From an uncultured Acidobacteriota bacterium (GTDB lineage Bacteria > Acidobacteriota > Thermoanaerobaculia > UBA5066), in the NCBI GenBank assembly GCA_963779415.1, contig CAVZYA010000002.1:1696001-1760000 (forward strand): DNA of 64,000 nt, read 5' to 3'. The stretch's first letter is position 1, and each line of letters opens with the position of its first letter. Below are positions 38,610-50,279 of this stretch, one piece after another. Made by a program: the position numbers and the translations under genes. The notes below the pieces were generated by a model. The model worked only from the letters and a program-made list of their open reading frames with translations, was not told where the DNA came from and did no database searches.

Positions 38610-39875
38610 CGGATCTTCCCTCTCTTGACGCGTCCCTCTCGGAGCGGCTGAAGCGGATCGGGCGGACGGACGTCCTCGTCGGCATTCCCTCCTTCAACAA
38701 TGAGCGGACGATCGGGCACGTCGTCCGCGCCGTCGTGGCGGGGCTCGCCAAGCACTTCCCGGCCGCGCGGGCCGTCCTTGTGAACAGCGACGGGGGGTCC
38801 ACCGACCGGACGCGCGAGATCGTCGAGCGGACCGAGCCGGGGGCCCTGACGGAGATCCTCGTGGACGCGGCGCCGCCGCCGGCCGACCGGATCGTGACGC
38901 CTTACGTGGGCCTGCCGGGGAAGGGAAGCGCCCTCCGAACCATCTTCCGGATAGCGGCCGAGCTGGACGCCAAGGCCTGCTGCGTCGTCGACAGCGATCT
39001 CCGGAGCATCACCCCCGGCTGGATCGAGCTGCTCCTGTCGCCGGTCTTTCGCCACGGGTACGAGTTCGTCTCGCCCCTCTATTCCCGCCACCGGTACGAC
39101 GGCACGATCACGAACACGATCGTCTATCCTCTGACGCGGGCGCTCTACGGCAAGCGGATCCGCCAGCCGATCGGGGGCGACTTCGGCTTCTCCGGCACGC
39201 TCGCGGCCCGCTTTCTCGAGTACGACCGCTGGGAGGGGCCGGTGGCCCGTTACGGCATCGACATCTTCATGACGACGACGGCCCTCGCGGAAGGGCGGAA
39301 GGCCTGCCAGGCTTTTCTCGGCGCGAAGCTGCACGACCCGAAGGACCCCGGCGCCGATCTCCAGCCGATGATGGTCGAGGTCGTCTCGACACTCTTCGAG
39401 CTGATGGAGCGCTACGAGAAGGTCTGGGAGGGAGTCTCGGGCTCCGAGGAGGTCCCGCTCTTCGGCTTCTCGCACGCCGTCGGGCTGGACCCGGTTCCGG
39501 TCAAGGTGGACCGCCTCGCCGCGATCTTCCGGCAGGCCGCCGGCGATCTGCCGCCCGTCTGGGAGGGCTTCCTCTCTCCCGCGTCGATCGCCGCCATTGG
39601 CGATGCGGCCGCCGCCCCGACGCCCGCGCTCGCCGACGAGGCCTGGGTGCGGATCCTGTTCGAGGCGGTCGCCGGCTGGCGCGCGCGGAGTCTTCCGCGG
39701 GAGACCCTCATCCTGTCGCTGGTTCCCCTCTATCTCGGGAAGGTCGCAACGTTCGTCGCGGAGACCCGGGACGGGACGGACGAGGAGGCGGAGGGGCGGC
39801 TCGGCGCTCTGGCCGGCCGTCTTCGAGCGGGACAAGAACGTGCTCCGGGACCTGTGGCGGGCGGGGGCCCGCTGA
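38606..39875 (+). CDS. GT2 glycosyltransferase, glucosylglycerate synthase (Ggs)/Mgs-like (frameshift near 39810)
   Basis: VGIPSFNN..TI.HV, NSDGGSTD, GKGSA, VDSDLRSITP.W, Y.RH.YDGTIT, RQPIGGDF, YGIDIFMTT. Confidence 0.72.
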
Positions 39876-39891
39876 GCAAGGGAGGTCAGCG

Positions 39892-40589
39892 ATGGGACAT
39901 CTTCAGCAGGACATCTCGAACGCGTTCGCGAGGCTCGCGGACGCCTTCGTCTCGGTCATCCCGGCCCTCCTCGTCCTTCTGGCCGTCGCTTCTCGTCGGG
40001 GCGCTGGTCGGCGTCCTCCTTCGCGCCCTTCTGGGCTTCGTCTCGCGTCTGGCCCTCCGGGGCCGCAGCGACCCGGGCAGCCTGCCCGACCGGTTCCTGC
40101 GGGCCGCGGGGCTCGAAGCCGGCTTCGAGCGGGTCGCAAGGGCCGTTTCGTTCTGGGTCGGCGTCGCCGTCGTCCTCGCCGTCGGCGTCAACGCGCTGGA
40201 GCCGGGTGCCCTCCGGGACGTCCTGAGCGAGATCGTCGGGTTCCTTCCGCGCCTTCTCGCCGCCGGGCTGATCTTCCTCGTCGGGCTCGGCGTCGCCGCA
40301 GTCGCCCGCCGGAGTGTCCTTCTCGGCGCGGTGAACGCCGGGCTCCCCTGGGCCCGGGCCGGCGCCCGCGGCGTCCATCTCGTGGTTCTCGCGTTCTTCG
40401 TGGCGATGGCGCTCGACCATCTCGGCGTGGCGAGCAGCGATTCTCGTCGCCGCCTTCTCGATCGCGGGGGGCGGCCTCGTCTTCGCTCTCGCCCTCGCGT
40501 TCGGCCTCGGCGCCCGGGACGCCGCGCGACGGTACATCGAGAAGAAGCTTCGGGCCGAAGAGGAGGACACGGGCATCCGGCACGTCTGA
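39892..40589 (+). CDS. TM-helix-repeat membrane protein (CmpX/MscS-associated), frameshifted
   Basis: FLPRLLAAGLIFLVG...and GLVFALALAFGLGARD across frames; GGAGG RBS. Confidence 0.65.
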
Positions 40590-40596
40590 GGCGTCC

Positions 40597-41817
40597 TCAG
40601 GCGTTCAGGATGCCTTTGTCGGCCTCCACGGACTCGAGAAGGAGGTCTCCGGCGTCGGGCACGGCGGAAAGAACGCGCGCCCAGTTCGGGATGAGGGGCG
40701 CGCCCAGAGGGTCCTGAAGGAACTGCTCGGCGCCGGCCTTCAGGGCCTTCGCAAAGGTGGCCACGGCCCTCTCCTCCTCGTGCCGGGGGAAGGCGAGCCC
40801 GTTCACTTTTGCGAGAGCGTAATAGCTGTTCACGGCGTCCTCGGCCCGACGCTGGTACGAGGCGAGGAGCGATTTGAGCGCCCCCTCGGACAGGACGACG
40901 TCGGCCGCCGCGAGCGTCCGGAGGAGGTGCTTGGCGATGTCGCCGGCCATCCGGTTCAGGCCGGCCGCGGGATCGTCGGGCGAGAGGGCCTGGTGCTTGT
41001 GGTCGTACTTGTCGGCGAGGTCGGCCTGGCAGATACGGCCGGGGGAGAGGTGTCGGAAGACCTCGGAGAGGACGCCGATCTCCAAGCCCCAGTCCGAGGG
41101 GACGCGGACCTGCCGGGCGAGGTCGGCCGAGAGGGCGAACTCGCCCGCCAGCGGATAGCGGAACGAGAGAAGGAACTCGAGGTAGGGGTGCTGTCCGAGG
41201 AGCGCCTTGAGGGAGGCGAGAAGCGGTCCGACGAAGAGGCGGGCCACGCGGCCGTTCAGCCGGTCGGTGAAGCGGGCGTAGAAGCCCTTGCAGAACTCGA
41301 AATCGAGCAGCGGGTCGGCGACCGGCTTCAGAAGGCGCGCCAGCATCGCGCGGTCGTAGTCGAGGACGTCGCCGTCATGGAGGGCGATGTACTCGACGTT
41401 TCCCTGCGCGAGGAGGTAGCCGAAGGCCAGCCAGCAGGCCCTCCCCTTTCCCCGCTCGCCGAGGGCCAGGTCGTTTTCCTCCAGCTTCCGAAGCAGGGCG
41501 CAGACGCCGGGGCTATCGTTCCAGAGGACGACCGTCCGCCGGCTCAGCCGGCGGAAGTACTCCAGCGCCCGTCGGTACCCCTCTTCGTCGGCGCGGTCGA
41601 GGGAAATCAGGACCGTGTCGAGATAGGGTGCCTTCGCCACCTCGTCGCAGATCTGGGCGAGGGCGGGCCGGTCCAGCTCCGTGATCAGGCACGGAATCAG
41701 GAGGGCCGCGCGGTTTCGCTTCGTATGCCTCGTGATGGCTTCCTCCATCTCCACGAGAGGTCGCGAGCCGAGCCGCGTGAGCGTCGTGATCGACCCGATC
41801 TGGTGGAAGTCGCTCAT
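40597..41817 (-). CDS. gpgS: Glucosyl-3-phosphoglycerate synthase
   Basis: MSDFHQ.G.ITTL, GKGRACW, LHDGD, FCKGFYAR, FRYPLAGEF, DWGLEIG, YDHKHQ, IPNW.RV. Confidence 0.82.
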   Translation of the reverse strand: MSDFHQIGSITTLTRLGSRPLVEMEEAITRHTKRNRAALLIPCLITELDRPALAQICDEVAKAPYLDTVLISLDRADEEGYRRALEYFRRLSRRTVVLWNDSPGVCALLRKLEENDLALGERGKGRACWLAFGYLLAQGNVEYIALHDGDVLDYDRAMLARLLKPVADPLLDFEFCKGFYARFTDRLNGRVARLFVGPLLASLKALLGQHPYLEFLLSFRYPLAGEFALSADLARQVRVPSDWGLEIGVLSEVFRHLSPGRICQADLADKYDHKHQALSPDDPAAGLNRMAGDIAKHLLRTLAAADVVLSEGALKSLLASYQRRAEDAVNSYYALAKVNGLAFPRHEEERAVATFAKALKAGAEQFLQDPLGAPLIPNWARVLSAVPDAGDLLLESVEADKGILNA

Positions 41818-41925
41818 GAAACACATTTTCCTCCTGTCCGCCGCGCCTTGCGAAGGGGGGTCCCGCCGCCGGCGTCCGGACCGGCCGCTTGACGCCGCCG
41901 CGACGCGGGGTTACGAAGGGAGGAG

Positions 41926-43668
41926 ATGCCGCCCGAGAGCTCGTCAGACCATGCCCGTCGAGGCGCCGGACTCCTCCGCGAGCACTATGACGCCTACACC
42001 CGGGGCTTCGGAGAGATCACCCGGCGGGCGACGGCCCGCTTCTCGGAGGCCGACTGGACGGGGATGCGGGCCGACGCCCTGGAGAGGCTGGAGCTCTACC
42101 GGAAGCTCCTCGATCCGGCGGTCGAGGGCCTGACGGGGCTCCTCGGCGCGGGCGTCTCCGACAAGTCCGTCTGGAGTGCGATGAAGGGCGCGTTCGCGAA
42201 GCTGGTTCGGGATCGGGTCGACATCGAGCTCGCGGAGACCTTCTTCAACTCCGCCTCGCGCCGGATCTTCCACACCGTAGGTGTCGATCCCCGCGTCGAG
42301 TTCGTCGCTTCGGAGGTTCCCTCGCTCTCCCTCGAGGACGCGCGCCTCCTGGCGGATACGTTTTCAGGGGCCGGGGGGACGACGACGGCACTCTGGCGGA
42401 TCCTCGCCGCCCATCCCTTCGCCGCCGGGTGGGAGGACCCCTCGCGGGACGCGCGCCTCGCCGCCGAGAAGCTCAACGCCCATCTCGAACGGGCCTGGGG
42501 CGCGCCCGGCTTCGAGACCGCCGAGGTGCTCCGCCCCGTCTTCTTCCGGAACAAGGGGGCCTACATCGTGGGCCGGATCCGGCGCGGGGAGCGCTCGCTC
42601 CCCCTCCTCCTCGCGCTCGCGAACCGCAGCGGGCGGGTCGTGGTCGATGCGGTCCTCTCCGACGAGGACGAGGCGTCGATCGTCTTCAGCTTCACCCGGT
42701 CGTACTTCCACGTCGACGTGGAGAACGCCGCCGCCCTCGCCGCGTTCCTGAAGACGGTCATGCCGAAAAAGCCGGTCTCCGAGCTCTATACGGCCCTCGG
42801 CTTCAACAAGCACGGGAAGACCGAGCTCTTCCGCGACCTCCTCCGCCACATGGCGGCGTCGGACGACGCGTTCGTCCTCGCGCCGGGAGAGCGGGGGATG
42901 GTGATGATCGTCTTCACGCTCCCGTCGTACGACGTCGTCTTCAAGGTCATCCGGGACGTCTTCGCCTACCCGAAGACGACGGACCGGAAGGAGGTCCTCG
43001 GGAAGTACCGGATGGTCTTCGAGCACGGGCGCGCCGGGCGCCTCGTGGACGTGCAGGAGTTCGAGCATCTCGAGTTTCCGGTCTCCCGCCTTTCGCCGCC
43101 CCTCCTCGAGACGCTTCTCACCCGGGCCCCGTCCGCGGTGGAGCTCGCCGGCGACAACGTCGTCATCCACCACCTCTTTACCGAACGCCGGCTGACGCCC
43201 CTGGACCTCTACCTGAAGGAGGCGCCTCCGGAGGCGATCCGGCGCGCGATCGTCGACTACGGCGAGGCGATCCGCGACATGGCGAAGACGAACATCTTTC
43301 CGGGCGACCTGCTCCTGAAGAACTTCGGGCTGACCCGTCACGGGCGCGTCGTCTTCTACGACTACGACGAGATCGCCTTCGTGAGCGACCTCAATTTCCG
43401 GGAGCTGCCCGACTCCGGCGACGGAGAGGGGGAGGGGGGCGAGGAGCCGTCGTTCTACGTCGGCGAGAACGACGTCTTTCCGGAGGAGCTCTTCACCTTC
43501 ATGGGACTTCGCGGGGCGGCCCGCGAGGCGTTTCTGGAGACCCACGAGGACCTCCTCGGGGTCGGCTTCTGGCTGGAGATGCAGAGGCGGATTCGGACGG
43601 GGGACCTCCTCGACGTCTTCCCGTACCCGGAGGGTTGCCGCCTCCCGCACCCGGCCGGGGACGACTGA
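41926..43668 (+). CDS. aceK: Isocitrate dehydrogenase kinase/phosphatase
   Basis: [64 protein letters not shown]. Confidence 0.95.
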   Translation: MPPESSSDHARRGAGLLREHYDAYTRGFGEITRRATARFSEADWTGMRADALERLELYRKLLDPAVEGLTGLLGAGVSDKSVWSAMKGAFAKLVRDRVDIELAETFFNSASRRIFHTVGVDPRVEFVASEVPSLSLEDARLLADTFSGAGGTTTALWRILAAHPFAAGWEDPSRDARLAAEKLNAHLERAWGAPGFETAEVLRPVFFRNKGAYIVGRIRRGERSLPLLLALANRSGRVVVDAVLSDEDEASIVFSFTRSYFHVDVENAAALAAFLKTVMPKKPVSELYTALGFNKHGKTELFRDLLRHMAASDDAFVLAPGERGMVMIVFTLPSYDVVFKVIRDVFAYPKTTDRKEVLGKYRMVFEHGRAGRLVDVQEFEHLEFPVSRLSPPLLETLLTRAPSAVELAGDNVVIHHLFTERRLTPLDLYLKEAPPEAIRRAIVDYGEAIRDMAKTNIFPGDLLLKNFGLTRHGRVVFYDYDEIAFVSDLNFRELPDSGDGEGEGGEEPSFYVGENDVFPEELFTFMGLRGAAREAFLETHEDLLGVGFWLEMQRRIRTGDLLDVFPYPEGCRLPHPAGDD

Positions 43669-43733
43669 TTCAAACGCCTCGTTGTGCAACGGGACGGACG
43701 CCCCTAAGATCCGCCGCCCGAGGAGGTTCACAC

Positions 43734-45035
<1,302 letters not shown>

Positions 45036-45036
45036 T

Positions 45037-45094
45037 CCTTCCCCCGAAAGAAGAGGGTTTTCCGTTGCGGCCGGGTGGTATCCACCCGGCCGCA
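45037..45094 (+). terminator. Hairpins downstream of icd
   Basis: Imperfect hairpin with a GAAA-containing loop followed by TTTT, then a perfect 13-bp stem tgcggccgggtgg-tat-ccacccggccgca (45066-45094). Confidence 0.5.
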
Positions 45095-45139
45095 GTCGTA
45101 TTCTGGGGTCCTCCCGTCGTGAGAAGGAGGAACGTCACC

Positions 45140-45766
45140 GTGACGATGCGTACCTTTCGCCCCCTCGTGATCGCCGCACTTACCCTCGCCCTCTTCGCCG
45201 CCTGCGCGCGGAAGGAGAAGGCGACCGAAGGGAAGGAGCTTTCGAAGAACCCTCTCACCGCGATCAACCAGATCAGCGAGGCGGCGAAGAAAGCCGCGGA
45301 CGCCGCGAAGGAAGCGTCCGAGATGAAGCCGGTCGACCCGGTCAGCTTCAACGCGCTGCTGCCGCTCCTGCCTGCCGCGCCGGCGGGCTTCACGGCGGAG
45401 GAGCCGCGGGGCGAGACGACGGCCGCGATGGGCTTCAAGATCTCCGAGGCGGAGCGACGCTACACGAAGGGGGACGAGAGCCTCCACGTGAAGATCGTGG
45501 ACGGCGCCTACAACTCCTTCATCTACGCCGGCGTCATGATGGCCGCGCAGTTCTCGCACGAGTCGACCGAAGGGTACGAGAAAGGGGTCACGATCGACGG
45601 CAACCCCGGCGTCGAAAAGTGGTCGAAATCGGGCAAGCGGGGCGAGCTGACGGTCGTCGTCGGAAAACGTTTCCTCGTCACGATCGACGCCTCGCCGGTC
45701 GAATCGGGGTACGTCCGCTCGATCTACGGGACTCTCGACATCGCAAAGCTCGCGGCCCTGAAGTAG
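45140..45766 (+). CDS. Putative lipoprotein
   Basis: GGAGG RBS; signal peptide ending LFAA-C lipobox. Confidence 0.72.
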   Translation: MTMRTFRPLVIAALTLALFAACARKEKATEGKELSKNPLTAINQISEAAKKAADAAKEASEMKPVDPVSFNALLPLLPAAPAGFTAEEPRGETTAAMGFKISEAERRYTKGDESLHVKIVDGAYNSFIYAGVMMAAQFSHESTEGYEKGVTIDGNPGVEKWSKSGKRGELTVVVGKRFLVTIDASPVESGYVRSIYGTLDIAKLAALK

Positions 45767-45776
45767 CGCGAGGTCC

Positions 45777-46190
45777 GTGCCCGTCCACCACGCGACGCTG
45801 ACGCTCGCGACCTCGAATCCGCACGAGGTCCGGGACGTCACGTCGCAGGTCGAGGCCGCCGTGCGCGAGAGCGGGGCACGGGACGGCCTCTGTGTCGTCT
45901 TCACGCCCCACGCGACGGCGGCCGTGACGATCAACGAGAACGACGACCCGAACGTCGGGGTCGATCTTCTCGACGCCCTCGCGCGGCTCGTGAAGGAGCA
46001 CGACGGCTGGCGACACGACCGGGTGGACGACAACGCGGCGGCCCACATCAAGGCGGCGATCGTCGGCCCCTCGGAGACGATTCCGGTCCGCGAGGGGCGC
46101 CTCGCCCTCGGGACGTGGCAGAACGTCTTCTTCTGCGAGTTCGACGGGCCTCGCGCGTCGAGGCGGGTCCACGTGACGGTGCTCTGGTAG
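45777..46190 (+). CDS. yjbQ: YjbQ/UPF0047 family protein
   Basis: HATAAVTINEN.DP.V..DL, NAAAHIKA, LGTWQ.VFFCEFDGPR. Confidence 0.9.
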   Translation: MPVHHATLTLATSNPHEVRDVTSQVEAAVRESGARDGLCVVFTPHATAAVTINENDDPNVGVDLLDALARLVKEHDGWRHDRVDDNAAAHIKAAIVGPSETIPVREGRLALGTWQNVFFCEFDGPRASRRVHVTVLW

Positions 46191-46195
46191 GACGG

Positions 46196-47974
46196 ATGCC
46201 GGCGTTCGAGCGGTTTCGGACGAGTCTGCGAGGCCAGCTCCTCGCGGCCGTCCTCGTGGCGCTCGGCCCGGCGCTCGTCTTCGTCCTCTGGGGCGCGAAC
46301 CGGGAGCGGGGTCGCGCTCTCGCGGTCTCCGAGGCGGAAGGGGGCCGCCTGCTGTCGTTCCTCGCTCGCGGCCTGGAAGCAAGCCTCGACGTGACGAGAG
46401 AGCTGCTCGAAGGGACCGCCGACCTGCTCGAGGAGAGGGGCGGCCTGCCGGACCCGGCTCGCTGCGGGCCTCTCCTCGCGCGCCTTCGCCGGGTGGAGAG
46501 CCGGTACGCCAGCGTCCTCGTCGCGCTGCCGGATGGAAGAATCCTCTGCAGCTCGCCCGAAGGGGCGGAGGAGATCCGCCTCGCGGACCGGCCCTATTTC
46601 CGGAGAGCCCTCGAGACAAAGGCGTTCGCGATGGGCGAGTTCCAGATCGGGAAGCTCTCCGGAAGGCCGGCCGTGGCGTTCGCGCAACCGGTCCGCGGCC
46701 CTTCGGGAGAGCCGGTCTCGGTGGCCGTGGCCTCGATCGACCTCGGCTGGCTCGACGAGGCGCTCCGCAAAGTCTCCCCGCCGCCGGGGGCCCGCTTCCT
46801 CCTTCTGGACCGGGGAGGAACGATCCTCGCGGGATATCCGCGAGAGGGCGCGGACGCGGGGACCCCGTTCGCGCTCGCGTCGCATCTCGGCGAGCTCGCG
46901 GGTGCCGGGCGCGCCCTGCGGGGACCGTCGGAGCCGGGCGGGAAGGCGCTCTTCTGGCAGGCCGAACGTCTCGTCCGCGAGGGGGGGACGGTCGGGTTCG
47001 TCGCCCTCGGGATTCCGGAGGAGATCCTCTTCGGCCCGGCGAACCGCGCCCTCGTCCGGCAGCTCGCCTCGCTCGCCGTCGTCGCCGTCGTGGCCCTCGC
47101 GGCCGTCTGGTTCTTCGCGCAGGCGCTCCTCGTCTCCCGGCTCGAGGCGCTCGCGGTCGCGGTCCGGAGGCTCGGAGAGGGCGACCTCTCGGCCCGGAGC
47201 GCGCTCCCACGCGGAGGAGGCGAGATCGGCGCCCTCTCCGGGGCGTTCGACGAGATGGCGGGTCGGCTCTCGGTTCGCGCCGCCGAGCGCGACCGCGCGG
47301 AAGGAGAGCTGCGAAGGACGACCGAGGCGCTGCGCTCTCTCTCGGAGCGGCTCGACCGGGTCCGCGAAGAGGAAGGGACGCGGATCGCCCGCGAGCTTCA
47401 CGACGAGGTTGGGCAGGCGCTCACCGGACTGAAGCTCGATCTCGCCGCGCTCCAGCGCTCCTTCCCCGAGCCGGTGCGCGCGGCGGCCGCGGAGCGGATC
47501 GCCGGAATGGCGGCCCTTGCGGACGCGACGATCGAAAGGGTCCGGAGCATCTCGGCGGAGGTTCGGCCGCAGCTCCTCGACCAGTTGGGGCTCGTCCCCG
47601 CGGCAGAGGCGTACCTCGAACGGTTCACCGGGCGGTCGGGCGTCCGGACGCATCTCGAGGCGTCGCTGGACGAATCCGCGCTCGACCGGCGCCGCGCCAC
47701 GGCGCTCTTCAGGATCCTTCAGGAGGCCCTGACGAACGTGGCCCGGCACGCGGAAGCCCGGTCCGTGACGGTCCGGATCGCTCCGGACGGAGGGGATGTC
47801 GTCCTCACGGTGCAGGACGACGGGATAGGCCTCTCCGAGCCTCCGGGGCTCACGCTCGGATTCCTCGGGATGCAGGAGCGCGCCCGCGCGGCGGGAGGCG
47901 GCGTCCGCGTGGAGGGGGCGCCTGGGCGCGGGACGACCGTCACGGCGCGCCTTCCGATGGCGGGGCCGGGATGA
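46196..47974 (+). CDS. Sensor histidine kinase (Cache, HAMP, HisKA_3)
   Basis: Two TMs, DRPYF Cache motif, RIARELHDEVGQ, QEALTNVARHA, DDGIG. Confidence 0.9.
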   Translation: MPAFERFRTSLRGQLLAAVLVALGPALVFVLWGANRERGRALAVSEAEGGRLLSFLARGLEASLDVTRELLEGTADLLEERGGLPDPARCGPLLARLRRVESRYASVLVALPDGRILCSSPEGAEEIRLADRPYFRRALETKAFAMGEFQIGKLSGRPAVAFAQPVRGPSGEPVSVAVASIDLGWLDEALRKVSPPPGARFLLLDRGGTILAGYPREGADAGTPFALASHLGELAGAGRALRGPSEPGGKALFWQAERLVREGGTVGFVALGIPEEILFGPANRALVRQLASLAVVAVVALAAVWFFAQALLVSRLEALAVAVRRLGEGDLSARSALPRGGGEIGALSGAFDEMAGRLSVRAAERDRAEGELRRTTEALRSLSERLDRVREEEGTRIARELHDEVGQALTGLKLDLAALQRSFPEPVRAAAAERIAGMAALADATIERVRSISAEVRPQLLDQLGLVPAAEAYLERFTGRSGVRTHLEASLDESALDRRRATALFRILQEALTNVARHAEARSVTVRIAPDGGDVVLTVQDDGIGLSEPPGLTLGFLGMQERARAAGGGVRVEGAPGRGTTVTARLPMAGPG

Positions 47975-48603
47975 GCGGGCGCTTTCTCGTCGTGGACGAT
48001 CACGCCGTCGTCCGGCGCGGCCTCGCGGAGATCCTCCGCGAGGCGTTCGCCGGGGCGACGTGCGTCGAGGCGGGGGGGGCGCGCGAAGCGCTGGAGGCGT
48101 TCGGCGCCGAGACGTGGGATGCCGTGCTCCTCGACGTCGGCCTGCCGGACGGGAGCGGCCTCGACCTCGTGAAGGAGTTCAAGACGCGCGCGCCCAGAAC
48201 TCCGATCCTCGTCCTTTCGGTCCACGCGGAGGCCCCGTTCGCGGTCCGCGCGCTGAAGGCCGGCGCCTCCGCCTACCTGAGCAAGGAAAGCGCCGCCGAG
48301 GAGCTGGTCGCCGCCGTCCGGAAGGCGCGCGCCGGGGGACGTTACGTCTCGTCGGTCCTCGCCGAGCGCCTCGCGGACTCGGTGGCATCAGGCGGCGGCG
48401 AGCCGCACGAGAGGCTCTCCGACCGGGAGTTCGAGGTCCTCCGCCTGATCGCCTCCGGAAAGACGGTCGGCGAGATCGCCGCGCAGCTTCATCTTTCGGT
48501 GAAGACGGTGAGCACCTACCGGACGCGGATCCTCGAGAAGACCGGGATGAAGACGAACGCCGAGCTGACGCACTACGCCATCTCGCGCGGCCTCGTCTCG
48601 TAA
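47971..48603 (+). CDS. NarL/UvrY family response regulator
   Basis: VDDHAVVRRG receiver; LSDREFEV...IA..LHLS.KTVSTYR.RI..K LuxR HTH. Confidence 0.92.
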   Translation: MSGRFLVVDDHAVVRRGLAEILREAFAGATCVEAGGAREALEAFGAETWDAVLLDVGLPDGSGLDLVKEFKTRAPRTPILVLSVHAEAPFAVRALKAGASAYLSKESAAEELVAAVRKARAGGRYVSSVLAERLADSVASGGGEPHERLSDREFEVLRLIASGKTVGEIAAQLHLSVKTVSTYRTRILEKTGMKTNAELTHYAISRGLVS

Positions 48604-48804
48604 CGGCACCCGGGTCGGACGGACACCGACAAGAGAATCCGCCCTTCTTTCCCCCGAATCGCCGGTCGCGCCGATGGCCGCGTACCCGGCCGCGCCCTAT
48701 CTTGATCGTGCGATGACGGAATCCCGCGAGCCCGCCACGGCATCTCCCACGCTCTCCTACCGAGGGACTCAGAGCCCGACGTTCCTTCTTCTTCACGAGG
48801 GAAG

Positions 48805-49221
48805 ATGAGCCCGTTAAACCGTCTTCGTGTCCTCATCGTGGACGACTCCGCCGTGGCGGGCTCGCGACTTCTCCGGCTCCTCGGAGGCGATCCTGCGATC
48901 GATCTCCTCCCCCAGGCCTGGAACGTCAGCGACGCCCGGCGTGCCTTCCTGGACGGGGCCCCCGATCTTGTCGTGACCGATCTCGCCCTGCCGGACGGTT
49001 CCGGCCTCGAGGTCGTCCGCTACGTCAAGAAGGTCTGGCCGAAGACGTTCGTGGTGATCCTGACGAACGAGAACCTTGGCCCGTTCCGCCGGCGCTGCCT
49101 CGACGCCGGCGCCGATTTCTGTCTCGACAAGTCGACCGAATTCGAGGCCCTCGACGGGATCGTGGAAGACCTTCTCAGAAACGCCCGGGACGCGCGACCC
49201 CCCGAAACGCGTTCGTTCTGA
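48805..49221 (+). CDS. Single-domain response regulator
   Basis: IVDDS, DLALPDGSGLEV, ILTN, GAD..LDKS; no output domain. Confidence 0.82.
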   Translation: MSPLNRLRVLIVDDSAVAGSRLLRLLGGDPAIDLLPQAWNVSDARRAFLDGAPDLVVTDLALPDGSGLEVVRYVKKVWPKTFVVILTNENLGPFRRRCLDAGADFCLDKSTEFEALDGIVEDLLRNARDARPPETRSF

Positions 49222-49231
49222 GCGCCGCGGA

Positions 49232-49669
49232 TCAGCGGGATCTCTTCGAGACCATCCCCGCCTTCCTGAGAAGCGGCGCCGCCGCCTTCGCGTCGGCCTC
49301 GCTCCCGAAGCCGAAGATCGCGGAGTACTTCCTTCCGACGACCATCGCCACCAGGAACGACAGGCTGATTCCGGCGTCGGCGACGGCCTTTGCGAAGGCA
49401 TGGCCGAGGCCGGGCCGGTCGTCGCCCTCCACGAGGAGCGCGGGGATGGTCGCCGCGGCGAGGCCCGCTCCCTGCGCGGCGGCTACGATCTTCCTTCCGG
49501 CGACGGGCCAGACCTCGACCGCGGCCTTGCCGTCGTGGATCCGGTAGCCCATCACGAGCTTCAGGTCGGCGCCCGATCGGGCGAAGGGCTCGAGGGTTGC
49601 GGCGCCGACGCCCGGCGCATCCGGCGCTTCGCGCCTCCAGAGGAGGATCTTTCGGACGGTGAGGGCCAT
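49232..49669 (-). CDS. ACT-domain-like protein
   Basis: Two ACT-like DxPG motifs (DAPG, DRPGLGH). Confidence 0.65.
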   Translation of the reverse strand: MALTVRKILLWRREAPDAPGVGAATLEPFARSGADLKLVMGYRIHDGKAAVEVWPVAGRKIVAAAQGAGLAAATIPALLVEGDDRPGLGHAFAKAVADAGISLSFLVAMVVGRKYSAIFGFGSEADAKAAAPLLRKAGMVSKRSR

Positions 49670-49672
49670 GAT

Positions 49673-50147
49673 TCAGACGCTCCTTTCCGTGAAGGAGGCG
49701 AAAAGCGGCTTGACGAGCTCGACGAACTCGTCGAAGGCCATCTTCACCGTCTCCGTGTGGCTTCCGGCGTTGAAGACGATCTCGCGATCCTTCTTCAGCG
49801 ACTCGTCCACGATGACCGGAATCCGGTAGAGGTTCCCGAAGGGGGGCATGGCGCCCACCTCGCATTCTGGGAAGACCCCCTCGAACTCGGCCTCCGTGGC
49901 GAGACGGATCTTCCTCGACGCCGAGCGCGTTCCTGAGAAGGGCCAGCTCGATCCGGCGGGTCGCGGGGATGACCGCCATGTAGAGATTCCGGTCCCCCTT
50001 GACGATGACCGTCTTCGCCACCTCCTGGCCGGGGACGTGGACCGAGGCGGCGATCTCCTGGGCGGTGTAGGCACGGGCGTGAGGGATCGTGACGAAGGGG
50101 GCGTGCTGTTCTTCGAGGAAGTGAACGAGCCTTTCGGAGACGGGCAT
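49673..50147 (-). CDS. YbaK/EbsC aminoacyl-tRNA deacylase family (frameshift near 49915)
   Basis: HARAYTAQEIA, VAKTVIVK, LATE.EF...FP.CE.GAMPPFG, FNAGSH. Confidence 0.85.
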
Positions 50148-50279
50148 GACAACCTCCCGGCAGGGGCGTCCGTCCGGAGGCGACTCGACCGGGTGGCTGT
50201 CGTCTCACGAAGGCCGCCGGCCGGCGGCCGTCCCAGTGGAAAACCTAGGCGCGGCGCCGTCCGAAATCAAGGGGGAGCC

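Noticed and set aside
38564-40717. 717-aa glycosyltransferase-membrane protein fusion
   Set aside because: It is produced by frameshifts near 39810 and 39990; a separate stop (39875) and an RBS/ATG (39892) exist.
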